Assembly (NCBI GenBank): GCA_963700145.1
Contig: OY969474.1
Location: forward strand, 2,112,001-2,176,000
Direction of reading: 5' to 3'
Origin: an uncultured Acidobacteriota bacterium
GTDB lineage: Bacteria > Acidobacteriota > Thermoanaerobaculia > Multivoradales > UBA5704
DNA length: 64,000 nucleotides
The notes under the pieces were generated by a model. That model searched no databases, was not told the origin of the DNA, and was given only the letters and a program-made list of their open reading frames with translations. Shown piece after piece: positions 60,119 to 64,000 of the stretch. The translations under genes were made by a program, and so were the position numbers. Within the stretch, counting starts at the first letter, position 1, and the number at the start of each line of letters is the position of its first letter.

Positions 60119-60204
60119 GCGGCGATCCGGGGCCCTCCGACCCGCCGTGGCGCCACGCGCGGCGACTTCATCCCCCCTGAACAGCTCAAGAAAGGAGGCA
60201 CATC

Positions 60205-60597
60205 ATGCCCGACGTTCCGATTCCCCGTTCCCTCGCGGACCGGCTCAAGAAGTGGGAGCAGCTCCGCGACAAGATCCCGACCGTCCTCGAGCAGACGCCG
60301 CACCTGCGCGAGGAGCACGCCAACTTCGACCAGGCGCTCAAGCAGCTCGTCCTCTTCGAGCACGAGCAGGAAGCCGCGACCGCCCGTCTGCGGGAGGCCA
60401 CGCGCCTGCGCGACGAGCAGGACAACCGTGTCCGCCTGCTCAACAACCGCCTGGTCGCCGGCCTCCAGGCCCACTTCGGCCCCGAGAGCGAGCGCCTGAT
60501 CGAGTTCGCGATCCCGCCCCGGCGGCGGCGCCGCCGCCGCAAGAGCGAGCTCCTCAAGGCCCCGACCGGCGTGAAGGCCCAGGAGCCGGCCAACTAG
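60205..60597 (+). CDS. Uncharacterised ~130-aa helical/coiled-coil protein with Arg-rich tail (paralog B)
   Basis: AAGGAGG RBS; homolog of 19738-20130. Confidence 0.88.
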   Translation: MPDVPIPRSLADRLKKWEQLRDKIPTVLEQTPHLREEHANFDQALKQLVLFEHEQEAATARLREATRLRDEQDNRVRLLNNRLVAGLQAHFGPESERLIEFAIPPRRRRRRRKSELLKAPTGVKAQEPAN

Positions 60598-60645
60598 ATA
60601 GCACTGCCGGCGGAGAGCGCCCTGCCCTCCGCCGGCCCCTTCGTC

Positions 60646-60753
60646 CGTCATCCTGAGCGCAGCGAACCCGCAATCCAAGATCAATCGCCTGCTCCGGCAG
60701 GCGGCCTCTCGGGTAGCGGAGCCCATCACTGGGCTCCGCAAGGATCTGGGCGG
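60646..60753 (+). repeat. REP-like unit split by an insertion containing two hairpins
   Basis: CGTCATCCTGAGCGCAGCGAA [~74 nt] AGGATCTGGGCGG. Confidence 0.7.
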
Positions 60754-60796
60754 TGGACTGCAAAGATCGGCTGTCCACTTCCGTCTTATCCGGAGG

Positions 60797-61075
60797 ATGC
60801 CTTCCCACGTCTACATTCTGAGCAACGCCTCTCGCGTCCTCTACATCGGCGTCACCGCAGATCTGAGAAAGCGGCTGGAGCGGCACAAGCAGCGGCAGGG
60901 CTGTACCTTCACCAGCAAGTATCGGCTCGATCGACTGGTCTATTGCGAAGCCTTCTCGCGCATTGTCGACGCCATCGTCAGGGAGAAGCAGCTCAAAGGC
61001 TGGCTGCGAAGCCGAAAAATCGCGCTGATCGAGACGCAGAACCCAGATTGGAAAGACCTGAGCGATGAAGCGTGA
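60797..61075 (+). CDS. Stand-alone GIY-YIG nuclease
   Basis: VYIL, LYIGVT.DL..R...H, AI.REKQLKGW.R..K..LIE..NP.W.DL. Confidence 0.92.
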   Translation: MPSHVYILSNASRVLYIGVTADLRKRLERHKQRQGCTFTSKYRLDRLVYCEAFSRIVDAIVREKQLKGWLRSRKIALIETQNPDWKDLSDEA

Positions 61076-61090
61076 TGTCGGCGCATCCCC

Positions 61091-61123
61091 CCGCCCAGAT
61101 CCTTCGCTGCGCTCAGGATGACG
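61091..61123 (-). repeat. REP-like unit, inverted relative to 60646
   Basis: CCGCCCAGATCCTTCGCTGCGCTCAGGATGACG. Confidence 0.85.
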
Positions 61124-61198
61124 GGCTGCTTCTCCTCTGGGGCCTCCTCACCCTGCTCTTCATTTTCCACGGGTGCAGGGTGACAGCGGCGCCGCTCC

Positions 61199-63838
61199 CT
61201 ACCCCTTCGCGTCGTACCAGCTCTGCCCCCAGCCGGCGTCGACGACGAGGGGGACGCTCAGGGAGGCGACGCTTTCCATCTCCTCGCGCACGGCGGCGGC
61301 GACCGTTTCGACGTCCGCTTCCGGCACCTCGAAGACCAGCTCGTCGTGGACGGTCAGGAGGAGGCGCGCTGCGGGCCAGGCGTCGCGCAGGCGGCAGTCG
61401 ACGGCGATCATCGCCTTCTTGAGCAGGTCGGCCGCCGTCCCTTGCACGCGGGCGTTGATCGCCATCCGCCGCCCGCTCTCGCGCAGCGTGCGGTTGGCGC
61501 TCTGGGCCTCCGGCAGGAAGCGCACCCGGCCGTAGAGCGTCTCCACCCGGCCCTCGCGCTCGGCGTAGGCCAGCGTCTCGTCGAGGTACTTCCGCACGCC
61601 CGGGTACTGCGCCAGGTACTCCTTGATGAAGCGGTCGGCCTCCTTCTGCGGGATGCCCAGGTTCTGCGACAGGCCGAAGGCGCTCATGCCGTAGAGGATG
61701 CCGAAGTTGATCGTCTTGGCGGCGCGCCGCTGCTCCGGCGTCACCAGCTCCGGCGAGATGCCGAAGACGGTGCCGGCGGTGGCGCGGTGGATGTCGGTGC
61801 CGGCGGCGAAGGCGCTGATCAGCGCCTCCTCCTCGGCGATGTGGGCGAGGACGCGCAGCTCGATCTGGCTGTAGTCGGCAACCAGCAGGAGGTTGTCGGG
61901 CCCGGCGATGAACGCCTTGCGGATGCGCTGCCCCAGCTCGGTGCGGATCGGAATGTTCTGCAGGTTGGGATTGGCCGACGACAGCCGGCCGGTCGACGCC
62001 ACCGCCTGGTAGTAGCGGGTGTGGAGGCGCCGGTCGCCGTCCACCAGCACCGGGAAGGCGTCGATGTAGGTGCCCTTGAGCTTGGCGATCTCGCGATGGC
62101 GCAGCAGCAGCTCCGGCAGCGGATAGCCGCGCGCCGCCAGCTCCTCCAGCGTCTCGGCGCCGGTCGAGTAGCTCCGCGTCTTCTGCGTCCGCTTGAGCAC
62201 CGGGTAGCCCAGCTTCTCGAAGAGGATCACCCCGAGCTGCTGCGGCGAGTTCAAGTTGAAGGGCTCGCCGGCCAGCCGGTGGGCCTCGCCTTCGAGGGCC
62301 TGCAGCTCCTTGCCCAGCTCGGCCGACATCTCGGCCAGGAGATCGATGTCGAGGAGGATGCCGCGCTCCTCCATGCCGAGGAGGACGGGCAGGAGCGGCG
62401 CCTCGATCTCGCGGTAGATCGCCTCCAGCGGCGCCGCGGCGGCCAGCTCGGCGCGCATCGCCGGCACGAGCCGCCGCGAGAGGTCGATCCGCTCGCCGGC
62501 GTAGGCCGCCAGGCGCGAGTCGCCGAGCGGCGGCTCCTGTCCCTTGTCCCAGCCGATGTCCTTAGGCGAGAGGGGCTTGCGGTTGAGCCGCTCGAGCGCC
62601 AGCTCGTCGAGGGCATGGCCCTTCACCGACGGCTTGAGCAGGTAGGAGGCGAGCATCGCGTCGAAGAGCGAGGCATGGCAGAAGCGGCCGTCGGCGCAGA
62701 GGCGGAGCACTTCCTTCAGGTTGTGGCCGACGAGCGTCGTCGCGTGGTCCTCCGCCCAGCCCGCCAAGCTCTCGACCGCCGCCTCGCGCACGCCGTCGCG
62801 CCGGAAGTCGACGAAGAAGCCGCCCTCCCCGGGCCCGCCCACCGCCAGCCCCAGCGGCCGCTCCTCGCCGAGCAGCGCTACGTGCACCTCGCCGCCGGCG
62901 AGCGGCGCCGCCGCGGCGCGCCAGGCCTCGGGCGTCTCCAGCTCGGCCGCCGGCGTCAGCTCCTCGCCGGCGGCGGCGCGCGTCGGCTCGAGCTCGTCGG
63001 CGAGGGAGAAGAACTCCAGCTCGGTGAAGAGGCGGCGGAGCGCGACCGGGTCCGGCGTGGTGTGGCGGAGCTTCTCGGGCTCGAAGGGGATGGGCAGGTC
63101 GCAGTGCAGCGTCGTGAGCTTTTTCGAGAGCTGGAGGCTGTCGGCGTGGGCGCGCAAGGTCTCGCGCACCTTGGCGGGCGCCTCGTCGACGCGCGCCACC
63201 AGCTCCTCGATCGACCCGAACTGCTGGATCAGCTTCTTGGCGCCCACCTTGCCGATCCCCGGCACGCCCGGGATGTTGTCGACGGTGTCGCCGAGGAGGG
63301 CGAGGTAGTCGGCGACCTTCTCTGGCGGCACGCCGTAGTCCTGCTCCACGTCCTCGCGGCGGTACAGCTTCTCCTTGATGACGTGGAAGAAGGAGACCCC
63401 TGGCCGCACGAGCTGCATGAGGTCCTTGTCGGCCGAGACGACGATGACGTCGTAGCCCGCCTCGGCCCCCTTGCACGCCAGAGTGCCGAGGACGTCGTCG
63501 GCCTCGTAGCGCCGCTCCTCGACGATGGGGATGCGGTAGGCGTCGATGATCTGGCGGATCCAGGGCACCTGCCCGCGCAGCTCGTCGGGCATGGGGGCGC
63601 GGTTGGCCTTGTACTCTTCGAAGAGCTCGCCGCGCTCGGTGGGGCCACCGACGTCGAGGGCCACGGCCATCAGCTCGGGCTGCTGCTCGCGCAGGAGCTT
63701 GCGCAAGGTCTGGACGAAAATGTATACAGCGTTGGTGGGTTGGCCGCGGGAGGTGGAGAGGCGGGTGGGGGCGAAGAACGAGCGGTAGATGATGTAGTAG
63801 CCGTCGATGAGGACGAGGGTGGGGCGCGCGGGGGTCAT
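61199..63838 (-). CDS. polA: DNA polymerase I
   Basis: 5'-3' exonuclease (LIDG, EADD, GDTVDNIPGVPGIG), TGRLSS, DYSQIELR, KTINFG, VHDEL. Confidence 0.98.
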   Translation of the reverse strand: MTPARPTLVLIDGYYIIYRSFFAPTRLSTSRGQPTNAVYIFVQTLRKLLREQQPELMAVALDVGGPTERGELFEEYKANRAPMPDELRGQVPWIRQIIDAYRIPIVEERRYEADDVLGTLACKGAEAGYDVIVVSADKDLMQLVRPGVSFFHVIKEKLYRREDVEQDYGVPPEKVADYLALLGDTVDNIPGVPGIGKVGAKKLIQQFGSIEELVARVDEAPAKVRETLRAHADSLQLSKKLTTLHCDLPIPFEPEKLRHTTPDPVALRRLFTELEFFSLADELEPTRAAAGEELTPAAELETPEAWRAAAAPLAGGEVHVALLGEERPLGLAVGGPGEGGFFVDFRRDGVREAAVESLAGWAEDHATTLVGHNLKEVLRLCADGRFCHASLFDAMLASYLLKPSVKGHALDELALERLNRKPLSPKDIGWDKGQEPPLGDSRLAAYAGERIDLSRRLVPAMRAELAAAAPLEAIYREIEAPLLPVLLGMEERGILLDIDLLAEMSAELGKELQALEGEAHRLAGEPFNLNSPQQLGVILFEKLGYPVLKRTQKTRSYSTGAETLEELAARGYPLPELLLRHREIAKLKGTYIDAFPVLVDGDRRLHTRYYQAVASTGRLSSANPNLQNIPIRTELGQRIRKAFIAGPDNLLLVADYSQIELRVLAHIAEEEALISAFAAGTDIHRATAGTVFGISPELVTPEQRRAAKTINFGILYGMSAFGLSQNLGIPQKEADRFIKEYLAQYPGVRKYLDETLAYAEREGRVETLYGRVRFLPEAQSANRTLRESGRRMAINARVQGTAADLLKKAMIAVDCRLRDAWPAARLLLTVHDELVFEVPEADVETVAAAVREEMESVASLSVPLVVDAGWGQSWYDAKG

Positions 63839-63862
63839 GGGCCGGCCATTGTATTCACCTCA

Positions 63863-63878
63863 TGGCATGGCTCTAGCA
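63863..63878 (+). promoter_or_regulatory. Possible sigma-54 promoter
   Basis: TGGCATGGCTCTAGCA (GG-N10-GC). Confidence 0.45.
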
Positions 63879-63930
63879 TTTTGGCGGGTCATCGGACAGG
63901 GCCACGAAAGGAGGGACTCACGTGGAAGCG

Positions 63931-64000
63931 ATGGGACTCATCTCCTGGATCGTGTTCGGCCTGATCGCCGGGCTGATCGCGAAGTTGATCATGCCGGGGC
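63931..64000 (+). CDS. GlsB/YeaQ/YmgE family stress membrane protein (partial)
   Basis: MGLISWIVFGLIAGLIAKLIMPG. Confidence 0.85.
   Translation, partial: MGLISWIVFGLIAGLIAKLIMPG

Noticed and set aside
59819-60499. 226-aa ORF across array B
   Set aside because: It arises from the 20-bp repeat (20-aa pseudo-repeat every 60 bp) and overlaps the real gene in another frame.

Overview
High-GC bacterial chromosomal window, probably Acidobacteriota (Thermoanaerobaculia-like; this is an inference from gene content). The backbone is housekeeping genes: namZ, moaC, hup, rsmB, fmt, tRNA-Val/Asp/Met, rpmG, sodA, tilS-hpt-ftsH-folP-cdaA-cdaR-glmM, dacB, nupC, smpB, selB and polA. Small accessory insertions interrupt it: toxin-antitoxin modules, a low-GC TM+TIR pair, HEPN- and HNH-like genes, an IS3 element and a REP-flanked GIY-YIG nuclease. 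The most striking unexplained signal is a pair of paralogous ~130-aa helical proteins with Arg-rich tails (19738-20130 and 60205-60597). Each lies downstream of its own non-coding array with an exact 20-bp period (15-bp 7-1-7 palindrome plus 5-nt variable spacer). The two arrays share this architecture but have unrelated palindrome sequences. Other signals are a degenerate 21-bp-period array, host-gene duplications bracketing cargo, a 660-bp inverted repeat built of structured modules, leaderless genes and three sigma-54-type promoters. All calls come from reading the sequence by eye; no database searches were run.
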